From contig CAWDFL010000004.1 of assembly GCA_963801665.1 (NCBI GenBank), forward strand, positions 366,590 through 430,589: a stretch of DNA of 64,000 nt, in the 5' to 3' direction. The stretch comes from an uncultured delta proteobacterium. Lineage in GTDB: Bacteria; Desulfobacterota; Binatia; Binatales; Binataceae. Every line of letters begins with the position of its first letter. Position 1 is the first letter of the stretch. The position numbers and the translations under genes are program-made. The notes beneath the pieces were generated by a model. That model searched no databases, had not been told where the DNA came from, and worked only from the letters and a program-made list of their open reading frames with translations. Below, one piece after another: positions 9,856 through 19,017 of this stretch.

Positions 9856-10362
9856 TTACGCGAAGCGCGCTCGCAGACGCGCGAGGACTTCGCGATGGCG
9901 GTTGTCCGCCGCCTTGAACTCGATTCGGCGGACGCTCGCGCTGGCGTAGGTTATCCGCACCTCCAGATGCTCGAGCTCACTCGCCTCATTCAGCCGCTCG
10001 AACCATTCGACCGCCGCGACGCCCTCCGAAAAAAGATACTCGCGCAGGCCGAGGTCATCGACGCCCGCCGCGTCGAGCCGGTAGAGGTCAATGTGAAAGA
10101 GCGGCAGGCGCCCCTGATGCTCCTGGATCATCGTGAAGGTCGGGCTCAGGATTTCCTGCTCGTCCAGATGCAGCCCGCGTGCGAGCCCCTTGACGAAGCA
10201 GGTTTTGCCCGCGCCGAGCTCGCCGATAAGCCCGAGCAGCTCGCCGCCTTCGAGGACCGAGGCGAGCCGCCGCCCCCACGCTTTGGTCTCGTGCGCGGAG
10301 CGGCTCTCGACGATCAGCACGATCGCGCCGCTGTGAGCGGTATCGTGATTCGCTTCGGGCAT
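9856..10362 (-). CDS. tsaE: tRNA t6A37 biosynthesis ATPase TsaE
   Basis: 168 aa. Walker A LIGELGAGKTCFVKGLARGL, and a conserved SPTFT..LFHIDLYRL segment. Confidence 0.85.
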   Translation of the reverse strand: MPEANHDTAHSGAIVLIVESRSAHETKAWGRRLASVLEGGELLGLIGELGAGKTCFVKGLARGLHLDEQEILSPTFTMIQEHQGRLPLFHIDLYRLDAAGVDDLGLREYLFSEGVAAVEWFERLNEASELEHLEVRITYASASVRRIEFKAADNRHREVLARLRARFA

Positions 10363-10383
10363 GGGATGATTATATCGCGAGGC

Positions 10384-11211
10384 TCAGTGCCACTCGACAC
10401 CGCCGCAGATGTTGAGCGCCTGCCCGGTCATGTAGCCGCCGTCGGCCGAGGCGAGAAACGCGACCACGTCGGCGACGTCGTCTCCGGTCTCTATCCTGCC
10501 CATCGGCACTTGAGCGACGAAGGTCTTGAGCACCTGCTCGCGATTCATGTGGCGGGTCGAGCCGACCATGTTGATGAGGCCCTCGAAGAGCTGCGTCTCG
10601 ACGAATCCGGGACACACCGCGTTGACCGTGATTCCGAATTGCCCGAGCTCGAGCGCGAGGCTGCGCGTAAGCCCGATCACGCCGTGCTTGGCCGCGCAGT
10701 ACGCCGCCATCATAGGGCCGCCGCGCTTGCCCGCGATCGACGCGGTGTTGATTATTCTGCCGCCCTGCCCGCCGGCGACGATCTTCGGCGCGACGTGCTT
10801 GGCGCACAGGAAGGTGCCGGTCAGATTGATCGCGACGGTCTTGTTCCACGAATCGAGCGTCTGCTGAATCACCGGTCCGCCGCCGACGCCGCCGCCGGCG
10901 TTGTTGCACAGAATATCGACGCGGCCGAATTCCTTCATCGCCGCTTCGGCCATCGCCGACACCTCGGCCTCGTCGGTCACATCGACGCGCACCGCGAGCG
11001 CGCGCCGTCCGAGCTTGCGAATCTCGGCGGCGAGTCCTTCAAGCTCCTCCATCTGTCCGAACTTTGCGTCGGGATATTCGGGAATCGAGCGGCAGTAGTC
11101 GCCCGCGACGACGTGCGCGCCCTCGCGCGCCAGCCGCATCGCGATCGCGCGCCCGGTTCCGCGCTCGCGCGCGCATCCTGTAACTATCGCCACCTTGTCC
11201 TGTAGTCTCAT
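10384..11211 (-). CDS. SDR-family oxidoreductase
   Basis: Start MRLQDKVAIVTGCARERGTGRA (ATG 11211). Contains NNAG and the YCAAKHG catalytic motif. The rest of track ORF 10384..12267 is antisense to the glycosyltransferase gene. Confidence 0.9.
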   Translation of the reverse strand: MRLQDKVAIVTGCARERGTGRAIAMRLAREGAHVVAGDYCRSIPEYPDAKFGQMEELEGLAAEIRKLGRRALAVRVDVTDEAEVSAMAEAAMKEFGRVDILCNNAGGGVGGGPVIQQTLDSWNKTVAINLTGTFLCAKHVAPKIVAGGQGGRIINTASIAGKRGGPMMAAYCAAKHGVIGLTRSLALELGQFGITVNAVCPGFVETQLFEGLINMVGSTRHMNREQVLKTFVAQVPMGRIETGDDVADVVAFLASADGGYMTGQALNICGGVEWH

Positions 11212-11307
11212 AGTGATTCGCTCCCGTTGGCTGCCGGATGTTTTGCTCTCGCGGCGGAACCTCGCGCTGCGATGCCGCTGCCGGTATGTTAGTCGGACCC
11301 CGGCTGC

Positions 11308-13752
11308 TTGGAAATGAATCACAACGAAGAGAGAGCGCGCCCCGTCGTTCCCGAGATCATAGCGCGCAGCCCCCAATCCGATACGCCCGATACCTCGCCC
11401 GCGATGCGGTTTCTCGCCACGATCTCCGAGCCGCGCATCGCGATTCCGCTTCTGCTCGCGCTCGGCGTCCTGCTGTATCTCGTCAACCTCGGCGGCTATC
11501 CGCTCTATACGAAAGGCGAGCCGCGCGAGGCGGTGACGGTTTTCGATATCGTGCACGGCGGCGGAATTATCCTGCCGATGCGCGCGGGGGTTGAAATTCC
11601 GTCCAAGCCGCTGCTGATGCACTGGATCGCGGCAATCTTCTCGCTCGCTGCCGGAGCAGTCACCGCGTTCACGGTGCGGCTGCCGTCGGCGCTGTTCGCG
11701 ATCGCCGGGATACTCGCGTGCTACGGATACGTGCGGCGTCTCTACGACTCGACGATCGCGTTGCTTGCCGCGCTGATTCTTGGAACCACGGTGCAATATC
11801 TGCAGGCGGGGACGGGATCGCGCGTCGATATGACGCTGACGTTTTTTCTCACGCTCGCGTTTTTTGAATTTATCATGATCGCCGAAAGCCTGACCCGGCG
11901 CCGGATGACGCTGTATCTCGCGATCGCATTCGCGGTTCTTGCCAAAGGTCCGGTGGGGCTGGTGCTGCCGGGCCTCGTCGCGCTCATCTGGATCATCATC
12001 GAGCGGCGCTGGGATCTGTTGCGATCGCTCAAGCTCGTTCGCGGCGCGATCGTGGTCGCGATTATCGGCGGCGGATGGTACGCGGCCGCGATTTATATCG
12101 GCGGAATGAGCTTCGTGCGCAAGCAGCTTATCGGCGAGAATCTGGTCCGCTTCGTCGGCGGCGCGAGCTTCCACGAGGGCCACGCGCATCCGTTTATCTA
12201 CGTCGAGCTCGCCCTGATCATGGGTTTCCTGCCCTGGTCCATCCTGCTGGCAGTCGCCGCGATCCAATCGATCCGCCGCCCGCTCACGATGACGCCGCGC
12301 CTCGCCTACCTGATGACCTGGCTAATCGCGGTGCTGATCTTCTACAACCTCGCCACCAGCAAACGCGGCGTGTATCTGCTGGCGATATACCCGGCGCTCG
12401 CGACGATTCTCGCGATCTATTTGAAAGACGCGCTTCGCCACCCGAGGGACAGCCAGTCCTTCACCACCTTCGCCGGATGGACCGCCGGCGGCGCGCTGGT
12501 CTCCGCCGGAGCGCTCGCGATCGTGAGCCTTGCGGTCCTGGCGATTGCGCCGGCGGAGATGCGCTACTTCATGGCGTTCTGGGGAATCCTTGCGCCCGGT
12601 TTCGTTCCCGCGCTGCAGGCCGCCGTGCGCGAGCGATGGTTCTCCGCGATGACGATTCCGCTCGCAGTCGAGGTGCTTGGTTTCTATCTATGGCGAAACC
12701 CTGAATCGCTCGGCCGGCTCATCGGCGCAACCGCGGCCGCCACCGGATGCATCGCGCTCGCGGCGAACCTGGTCGTGGTCCCGGCGATCGCGAACACGCT
12801 GTCGCTGCGCGGCTTCACGATGCAGGTGATCAACACGGTCGGGCACGAACGCGTGGGCTACCTCGGCGCGCTCGACTACGACATCGCATTTTATAGCGGC
12901 ATGAATATTCCGATCGTGCGCGGAAGCGACCCCGACCTGCCGAACTATCTCATCTGCTGGAGCTCGATGTATCGCAGCATGCCCGAGCGGCTGCGCCAGA
13001 GCTACGTGATCGCGATCCAGAGCAATCCGACCACGCTCGACGGCTCCGACCCGATCGTCCTGCTGCGGCGCGCCACACTTGCGCCCGCGCCCGGATCAAA
13101 CGCCGTCGAGGTGCGATGGAATTCTTTTGATGATCATCAGATCAGCGACGCCCGCGCTGCCGGAAGCTCGGAGATCAGATCATCGGCGATATATCCAACC
13201 TCGCCGATCCGCTTCGCGACGCGATCGGCCGCGTGCCCGTGGAGGAACACGCCCAGCGCCAGCGCCTCGAACGGCTCGATCTTCGCCGCGATCAGCGCGC
13301 CAACGATTCCCGAGAGCGCATCGCCCATCCCCGGCGTCGCCATCCCGGGGTTGCCGCTCGAATTTACCGTCACCCTGCCGCTCGCGTCGGCGATCACCGA
13401 GCGCGCGCCCTTGAGCAGTACCGTAGCGCGAGTGAGTTCCGCGAGTTTTCGCGCCGCCCCGATTCGATTCGCGTTGACCTCCGCCGCAGTCGTGCCGAGT
13501 AGCCGCGCCATCTCGCCCGGATGCGGCGTCATCACGAGCGGACCGGCAGCGCCGGCCGCCTTCGCGGGTCCGAGTGCGGCCAGTGCGTTCAAGCCGTCCG
13601 CATCGATCAGCATCGGACGCTCCTGCGACGCTCCTTCGCGCAGCAGCGAGGTCAGGAGGTCCTTGGTATCCTCATTCAGACCAACGCCGGGACCGAAAAC
13701 GATCGCGCTCTTGCCCGCGAGCAGATGCGCCAGCGTCGCCGCCGCATCATGA
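11308..13752 (+). CDS. GT39/ArnT-like membrane glycosyltransferase; 3' end unresolved
   Basis: The first ~600 aa are multi-TM with the ArnT/PMT_2-like N-terminus (YPLYTKGEPREAVTVFDIV...IPSKPLLMHW). The frame has no stop until 13752, so the last ~200 codons (Ala/Ser/Pro-rich) lie antisense to nnr. A TGATGA tandem stop sits at 13128-13133 in another frame. Confidence 0.7.
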   Translation: MEMNHNEERARPVVPEIIARSPQSDTPDTSPAMRFLATISEPRIAIPLLLALGVLLYLVNLGGYPLYTKGEPREAVTVFDIVHGGGIILPMRAGVEIPSKPLLMHWIAAIFSLAAGAVTAFTVRLPSALFAIAGILACYGYVRRLYDSTIALLAALILGTTVQYLQAGTGSRVDMTLTFFLTLAFFEFIMIAESLTRRRMTLYLAIAFAVLAKGPVGLVLPGLVALIWIIIERRWDLLRSLKLVRGAIVVAIIGGGWYAAAIYIGGMSFVRKQLIGENLVRFVGGASFHEGHAHPFIYVELALIMGFLPWSILLAVAAIQSIRRPLTMTPRLAYLMTWLIAVLIFYNLATSKRGVYLLAIYPALATILAIYLKDALRHPRDSQSFTTFAGWTAGGALVSAGALAIVSLAVLAIAPAEMRYFMAFWGILAPGFVPALQAAVRERWFSAMTIPLAVEVLGFYLWRNPESLGRLIGATAAATGCIALAANLVVVPAIANTLSLRGFTMQVINTVGHERVGYLGALDYDIAFYSGMNIPIVRGSDPDLPNYLICWSSMYRSMPERLRQSYVIAIQSNPTTLDGSDPIVLLRRATLAPAPGSNAVEVRWNSFDDHQISDARAAGSSEIRSSAIYPTSPIRFATRSAACPWRNTPSASASNGSIFAAISAPTIPESASPIPGVAIPGLPLEFTVTLPLASAITERAPLSSTVARVSSASFRAAPIRFALTSAAVVPSSRAISPGCGVITSGPAAPAAFAGPSAASAFKPSASISIGRSCDAPSRSSEVRRSLVSSFRPTPGPKTIALLPASRCASVAAAS

Positions 13753-14690
13753 CCGGCGAAGTGTCCTTCACGTTCGGCGATAGCCTCGGTCATCAGCTCC
13801 GCCTGCGCGCCCGCGACAATCGCCTGAATCGATTCGGGAATTGCCGCCGTCACCAACCCGGCTCCAGAGCGCAGCGCCGCGCGCGAAGCGAGGATCGCGG
13901 CGCCGGATTTTCCGCGGCTGCCGGCGATAATGATCGGATGACCAAAATTTCCCTTGTTCGCATCAATCGCGCGCGGCTTCAGATAGGCGCGCGCGTCGGC
14001 GGTTTGATAAAACCGCCCGCGCGGCGCGATCTCGCGGATCGCCTCGGCCGCGAACCCGATCTCCGCGATCGCAAGCTCTCCGCAGTGTTCCGCACCGGGA
14101 TAGGAAACGTGCCCGAACTTCGCGTATCCGAAAGTTACCGTCAGCGCGGCGCGGACGGCAGCGCCCATGATCGCGCCGCTGTCGGAATCGACTCCCGACG
14201 CGATATCGACGGCGACGATCGGAGCATCGAGCGAGTTCATCCGCTCGATCGCGGCGCGCGCAACTCCGCGCACAGGAGCGTTAAGCCCGGTGCCAAAAAT
14301 TCCATCGACGATCGCGCCTGGCCGGGCGCCGTAGGCCGCTTCCAGATCGGACTCTTCCGGCGCCTGCACGATCACGCCGCCCGCACCGATCAATTCGTCA
14401 TGCGCGCGCAGCGCGTCGCCCTTCAAATCGCGGCCCCATCCGAGAAGCGCGACCCGAGTCTGAACTCCACGCTGGCCGAGCCGCCGCGCCGCAACCATCG
14501 CGTCGCCGCCGTTGTTGCCCTTACCGCATACGGCGAGAACTCCCGCGCGGATCACATCGGGAAAATGCTCGAGAAGCTGATCGGCAACCGCCTCGCCCGC
14601 GCGGGTCATGAGCGCGTACGAATCGACGCCGTACTTTTCCTGGCTAAGCCGATCGAGTTCGCGGCTTTCAGCGGCAGTGAGAAGAATCAT
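13137..14690 (-). CDS. nnr: bifunctional NAD(P)H-hydrate repair enzyme (epimerase + ADP-dependent dehydratase)
   Basis: N-terminal YjeF_N (MILLTAAESRELD...VLAVCGKGNNGGDA) and C-terminal carbohydrate-kinase-like domain (GHPIIIAGSRGKSGAAILA...GNPGMATPGMGDALSG). Start placed at ATG 14690. Confidence 0.9.
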   Translation of the reverse strand: MILLTAAESRELDRLSQEKYGVDSYALMTRAGEAVADQLLEHFPDVIRAGVLAVCGKGNNGGDAMVAARRLGQRGVQTRVALLGWGRDLKGDALRAHDELIGAGGVIVQAPEESDLEAAYGARPGAIVDGIFGTGLNAPVRGVARAAIERMNSLDAPIVAVDIASGVDSDSGAIMGAAVRAALTVTFGYAKFGHVSYPGAEHCGELAIAEIGFAAEAIREIAPRGRFYQTADARAYLKPRAIDANKGNFGHPIIIAGSRGKSGAAILASRAALRSGAGLVTAAIPESIQAIVAGAQAELMTEAIAEREGHFAGHDAAATLAHLLAGKSAIVFGPGVGLNEDTKDLLTSLLREGASQERPMLIDADGLNALAALGPAKAAGAAGPLVMTPHPGEMARLLGTTAAEVNANRIGAARKLAELTRATVLLKGARSVIADASGRVTVNSSGNPGMATPGMGDALSGIVGALIAAKIEPFEALALGVFLHGHAADRVAKRIGEVGYIADDLISELPAARASLI

Positions 14691-14780
14691 GGTGGCTCGC
14701 TCAAGAGCGATCCTAGCAAAGCCGCGCCTACGCCGCATCGCGCGATGAAACCCATTCGTCATTAAACCAACGCGCTAGGC

Positions 14781-14890
14781 GAGAAATCCGGGTATGGACA
14801 TAACACCGAGCCAACGCGACGTGCAGCGGCCCACCGTCCGGGATTTCTCCCGGAGCCTGCCCTGAGCAACGCCGAAGGGGTCGAAATGAC
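14781..14890. repeat. variant hairpin repeat (GTCATTTC...GAGAAATCC type) with a partial inverted partner
   Basis: The minus strand of 14838-14890 reads GTCATTTCGACCCCTTCGGCGTTGCTCAGGGCAGGCTCCGGGAGAAATCCCGG. GAGAAATCCGG at 14781-14791 is complementary to CCGGGATTTCTC at 14838-14849. The termini resemble the GTCATTCC...GGAATCC family. Confidence 0.5.
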
Positions 14891-15113
14891 GATTGGGTCT
14901 CAGTGCATGATTATCGCAGCCTCCGGACGGCCCTAACACGTTGTAACATGAGCAGAATCTTGATTCGTCATTTCGAGCGAGAGCGGCCGGTCGCGAAGAT
15001 TCGTGCGCCTCACGTCGAGCCGGCACACGCGGCGAGAAATCCCGAGGCGGCCGTGCTCCAAAACCGCGGACACGCAGTTGCCTCGCGGAGCCTATTCGAG
15101 TGAAGTTGCTCAG

Positions 15114-15881
15114 ATGGTCAAGCTGAGCGTCAACGTCAACAAGATCGCGGTGCTGCGCAACTCGCGCGGAGGCGATCGGCCGAGCGTGCTCGAGGCCGCG
15201 CGCGTCGCGATCGGCGCGGGATGCCACGGAATCACGGTCCATCCGCGTCCCGACGCCCGGCATATCACGACCCAGGACGTTCTCGAGCTCGCCGCGATGC
15301 TCGCGGCGGAATTCAAGCAGGTCGAATTCAATATCGAAGGCTATCCGGGACCCGAGTTCCTTGACCTGGTGACGCGCGTGCGGCCGACGCAGTGCACGAT
15401 GGTTCCCGATCCGCCGGGCGTCATCACCTCGAACGCCGGATGGAATCTCGTCTCGGGCGCCGAATGGCTGCGCGGCGTGATGGAGCGGCTGCGCGCGAGC
15501 GGAATTCGCACGAGCCTGTTTATCGAAGCTGACCCCGACGCCTCGGTCCGAGCGCGCGAGCTTGGCGCCGATCGCGTCGAGCTGTACACCGGCCCTTACA
15601 CGCACGCGTTCGGGACCGCCGCGGGCCGCAAGATTCTCGCGATGCATCGCGAGGCCGGGCGCGCCGCGCATCGCGCCGGTCTGGGCGTGAACGCCGGACA
15701 CGATTTGAACCTCGCGAATATCCCCGCCTACGTAAAAGCTCTCCCAAATCTCGACGAGACCTCGATCGGCCACGCGCTGATTTCCGACGCGATCTATATC
15801 GGATTGGATAAAGCGGTGAGAGCCTATCTGCGTGCGCTCGGTTCGCGGCCGCTGCGCGCCCCCGCGAAGCGCAAGCGGTAG
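15114..15881 (+). CDS. pdxJ: pyridoxine 5'-phosphate synthase
   Basis: Start MVKLSVNVNKIAVLRNSRGG. Contains GITVHPRPDARHI, EFNIEGYP and GHDLNLANI. Confidence 0.92.
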   Translation: MVKLSVNVNKIAVLRNSRGGDRPSVLEAARVAIGAGCHGITVHPRPDARHITTQDVLELAAMLAAEFKQVEFNIEGYPGPEFLDLVTRVRPTQCTMVPDPPGVITSNAGWNLVSGAEWLRGVMERLRASGIRTSLFIEADPDASVRARELGADRVELYTGPYTHAFGTAAGRKILAMHREAGRAAHRAGLGVNAGHDLNLANIPAYVKALPNLDETSIGHALISDAIYIGLDKAVRAYLRALGSRPLRAPAKRKR

Positions 15882-15886
15882 AAATC

Positions 15887-17257
15887 CTAAGCGGCGCCGA
15901 CTTGCCGGTGGATTGCGGCGCCGATCTCTTTGGCCAGCGCTTCGATCATCGCGGCGTCTTCGCCCTCGACCATCACTCGCGCCAGCATCTCGGTGCCGGA
16001 GTATCGTACCAGCAGACGCCCCGACGCGCCGAGCTTGCGCTCCGCCTCGGCGATCGCGCGGCGCACGGCGGGCATCTCGGCGATAGGCGTGCGTTTGCTC
16101 ACGCGGATATTTTCCATCGTCTGCGGCACGCGGCGCATCGCGCGCAGCTCGCTGAGCGGCTTTCCGCTCTCCGCCATGATCGTCAGCACCAGCAGCGCCG
16201 TGATCAGCCCGTCGCCCGTGGTCGAATAGTCCATGCAGATGACGTGGCCCGATTGCTCGCCGCCCAGGTTGTACGAATTGGCGCGCATCTCGCGCGCAAC
16301 CGAAGGATCGCCAACCTCCGTCCGCACCAGTTTGAGGCCCGCGCGCGCGAGCGCCTGCTCGAGGCCGAAGTTGCTCAGAACAGTAGCGACCACAGTATTT
16401 GCCGCAAGGCGTCCCTGCGCCGCCATCGTGATGCCGAGCAGCGCCATCGCGTCGTCGCCGTCGAAGACCTCGCCCTTCTCATCGATCAGCATAACGCGAT
16501 CGCCGTCGCCGTCGAGCGCGATTCCAACCTGCGCGCGCTCGCGCACGACCGCCGCGCGGATACCATCGAGATGCATTGCGCCGCATTCGTGATTGATATT
16601 GATCCCGTCGGGCTCGGCGCCGCGCGCAATCACGTCCACGCCGAGCTCCTCGAGCACGTCGGGTCCGACCTTGTAAGCTGCACCGTTGGCGCAATCGATC
16701 ACGATCTTGAGCTTGTCGAAGATGGCTGTCCGCGGCACGCAAGTTTTGAGGAACACCAGGTAACGGCCGAGCGCGTCATCGATACGCGCGGCTTTGCCGA
16801 TGTCTCCGTTGGTGGCGCGATGCTTCCCGAGGGCGGCGTCGTCAAAGACCAGCTCCTCGATGCGGCTTTCGGTCGCGTCGTCGAGCTTGAAACCCTCACG
16901 CGAGAAAAACTTGATGCCGTTGTCCTCGAACGGATTGTGCGAGGCCGAGATCACGACGCCGGCGTCGGCGCGCATGCTGCGGGTCAGGAACGCGATCCCC
17001 GGCGTCGGCAGCGGACCGACAAGCCACACGTCAACGCCCATCGAGCAGATTCCCGACGCCATCGCGGTCTCCAGCATGTAGCCCGAAAGGCGAGTGTCCT
17101 TGCCAATCAGTATCCGGCGATGCCGTCCGCTCGAATGACGGAACACGTGCGCGAGCGCGCGGCCGAGCTTGAGCGCGGTTTCCGAGGTTATCGGCTCGAC
17201 GTTGGCGACGCCGCGCACGCCGTCGGTGCCGAAGAGTTTACGATGCTTTGTCATCAA
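15887..17257 (-). CDS. glmM: phosphoglucosamine mutase
   Basis: 456 aa. Contains FGTDGVRG, the active-site loop ISASHNPFEDNGIKFF, and DGDGDR. Confidence 0.95.
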   Translation of the reverse strand: MMTKHRKLFGTDGVRGVANVEPITSETALKLGRALAHVFRHSSGRHRRILIGKDTRLSGYMLETAMASGICSMGVDVWLVGPLPTPGIAFLTRSMRADAGVVISASHNPFEDNGIKFFSREGFKLDDATESRIEELVFDDAALGKHRATNGDIGKAARIDDALGRYLVFLKTCVPRTAIFDKLKIVIDCANGAAYKVGPDVLEELGVDVIARGAEPDGININHECGAMHLDGIRAAVVRERAQVGIALDGDGDRVMLIDEKGEVFDGDDAMALLGITMAAQGRLAANTVVATVLSNFGLEQALARAGLKLVRTEVGDPSVAREMRANSYNLGGEQSGHVICMDYSTTGDGLITALLVLTIMAESGKPLSELRAMRRVPQTMENIRVSKRTPIAEMPAVRRAIAEAERKLGASGRLLVRYSGTEMLARVMVEGEDAAMIEALAKEIGAAIHRQVGAA

Positions 17258-18245
17258 CGATGTCCGTGCGCTTCTGGCGATAAATTCGTAGCTTTACCTT
17301 GGCCGGCTGCTGCTTCACGAGTTGCATGCCGTCGGGCAGATCAACTTCGAGCGGCAGCTCGACCAGTCCGGGCGCGTCGCCCTGCGCGTCCACATAGACT
17401 ATGCCCGCCGGGTCCAGAGTAGCGAGCTTCTGGATCGGCCCGCGCACAGTGATTGTGGCTTTGCCCGGCTCGACCCGCGACTTGAAATCGGTGTCGCGGA
17501 CCTCCACGTCAACATCGCGAAACTCGCGGCTGACGATTTCGTCTCCGATATCGACCTTCGCCAGCACGCGCACCACCGCCAGCCGAACTTCCGCGCCGGG
17601 ATCCTGGATACCGACCACGCGCTCGAGATCGGCGTCGGCGCCATGCACGTCGAACGGATCGGTCTCGGCCCGGACCAGCGGCGCGACGAATCGGCTCGGC
17701 CCGCTCACCGAGACGGTAGCCGGCTGCAGCTCGACGGAATTTATTTGATAGCCCTTTGCGACCGGGCCCGTCAGGTTCAGATGGACCGGCAGGTCGCGGC
17801 TTATAACCCTATCGATATCGATTTGCGCCTCATCGGGAGTCACGCGCGTGACTGTGGTCCGCGGCGGCACCGCGAACAAGTTCGGACCAATTTTGAAATC
17901 GGTATGGCCGATCGGCACTCCGGTCAGATCCAGGCGCAGCGTCAGGCGCTCGGGGTCGAGCAGCGACAGCAGGGTGCGCGACCCCGCTACTTCGATCTTA
18001 ACGAAATCGGGCGGATGGTTGATGATCACGTATCCGGCGGGCAGCGAACGGTAGCTGACCGGGACCGCCAGGGTCACGACCGCGTTGCGCTGGCCCGCGT
18101 TGACGAACATCCACAGCCCGATCGCGAGAAACAGCGCGATCACGCGCAGGCCGGCGTTGCGGCGCAGAAGCTTGCGCAGCTCGCTCCAGTTGATCAATTT
18201 GCGCAGTCGATCCATCGCTCGATGTCCCGCGCCACCCCGCCCCAC
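17238..18245 (-). CDS. cdaR: YbbR-domain protein, CdaA regulator
   Basis: N-terminal TM (VIALFLAIGLWMFV) followed by repeated YbbR-like beta modules. Sits between cdaA and glmM, as in the conserved cdaA-cdaR-glmM operon. The start could be Met at 18215. Confidence 0.8.
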   Translation of the reverse strand: MGRGGAGHRAMDRLRKLINWSELRKLLRRNAGLRVIALFLAIGLWMFVNAGQRNAVVTLAVPVSYRSLPAGYVIINHPPDFVKIEVAGSRTLLSLLDPERLTLRLDLTGVPIGHTDFKIGPNLFAVPPRTTVTRVTPDEAQIDIDRVISRDLPVHLNLTGPVAKGYQINSVELQPATVSVSGPSRFVAPLVRAETDPFDVHGADADLERVVGIQDPGAEVRLAVVRVLAKVDIGDEIVSREFRDVDVEVRDTDFKSRVEPGKATITVRGPIQKLATLDPAGIVYVDAQGDAPGLVELPLEVDLPDGMQLVKQQPAKVKLRIYRQKRTDIVDDKAS

Positions 18246-18254
18246 CGTCGGCGT

Positions 18255-19007
18255 TTACGCCGGCAGGCTCCTAAGCGTGTTCAAGACCGCCGCCGGATCG
18301 AGCCCGCGCTCGAGCCGCCCTTCGCGCGCGATCGAGATGGTGCCATCCTCTTCGGACACCACCAGCACGATCGCGTCACAATCTTCCGTCATCCCGATCG
18401 CGGCGCGATGCCGCGTGCCGAGCGCCAGGCTTACGTTCGGATTCGAGGACAGCGGCAGCACGCACGCCCCCGCGAGAATCTGGTCGCCCTTGATAATCAC
18501 CGCGCCGTCATGCAGCGGCGAGCCGCGCATGAAGATCGTCTCGATCAGCTCGGGCGATACCCGGCCATAGATGAGGCGGCCGCTCTCCATAAATTCGTTG
18601 AGGCCGTCTTCCTGCTCGATCACTATAAGCGCCCCGATCCGGCGCGCCGCGAGCCATGCCGCCGCGGTGGCCAGCTCCTCGGCCGCGCTCGAGGCGGGAG
18701 AGCGCGGTCCGAAAAACGACTGCGCGCCAACCCGGGTCAGCGCACGGCGGATATCAGCCTGAAAGATCACGACCAGGATCACGAACAATGATCCGAGAAA
18801 GTTGTTCAGCAGCCAGTTGAGCGTGAACAGTCCGAGTATCTGCGAGGCCACGAACGCGACCCCGACGATCACCAGCCCCAGCACCATCTGCATCGTGCGC
18901 GTGCCGCGGATCAGCAGCGCGATACGGTAAATCACGTAGGCGACGATCAGGACATCCAGGATGTCCTGCCATCGGGGCACCGGAATCGCCGGCAGGTAAT
19001 TCGGCAT
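18255..19007 (-). CDS. cdaA: diadenylate cyclase (c-di-AMP synthase), membrane-anchored
   Basis: Three N-terminal TM helices and a DAC domain with GALIVIE, PLHDGAVII and GTRHRAAIG. Confidence 0.9.
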   Translation of the reverse strand: MPNYLPAIPVPRWQDILDVLIVAYVIYRIALLIRGTRTMQMVLGLVIVGVAFVASQILGLFTLNWLLNNFLGSLFVILVVIFQADIRRALTRVGAQSFFGPRSPASSAAEELATAAAWLAARRIGALIVIEQEDGLNEFMESGRLIYGRVSPELIETIFMRGSPLHDGAVIIKGDQILAGACVLPLSSNPNVSLALGTRHRAAIGMTEDCDAIVLVVSEEDGTISIAREGRLERGLDPAAVLNTLRSLPA

Positions 19008-19017
19008 CGAGTTTTGC

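Noticed and set aside
11212-12267. N-terminal 350 codons of track ORF 10384..12267
   Set aside because: The sequence is Arg/Asp/Glu-rich nonsense lying antisense to the multi-TM glycosyltransferase. The SDR domain starts cleanly at Met 11211 with the GxxxGxG-type fold.
13521-18791. Long ORFs 13521..14765(+), 14775..15773(-), 15902..17422(+) and 17322..18791(+)
   Set aside because: Each lies antisense to a gene with unmistakable motifs (nnr, pdxJ, glmM, cdaR/cdaA), and each is Arg-rich with no recognisable domain.
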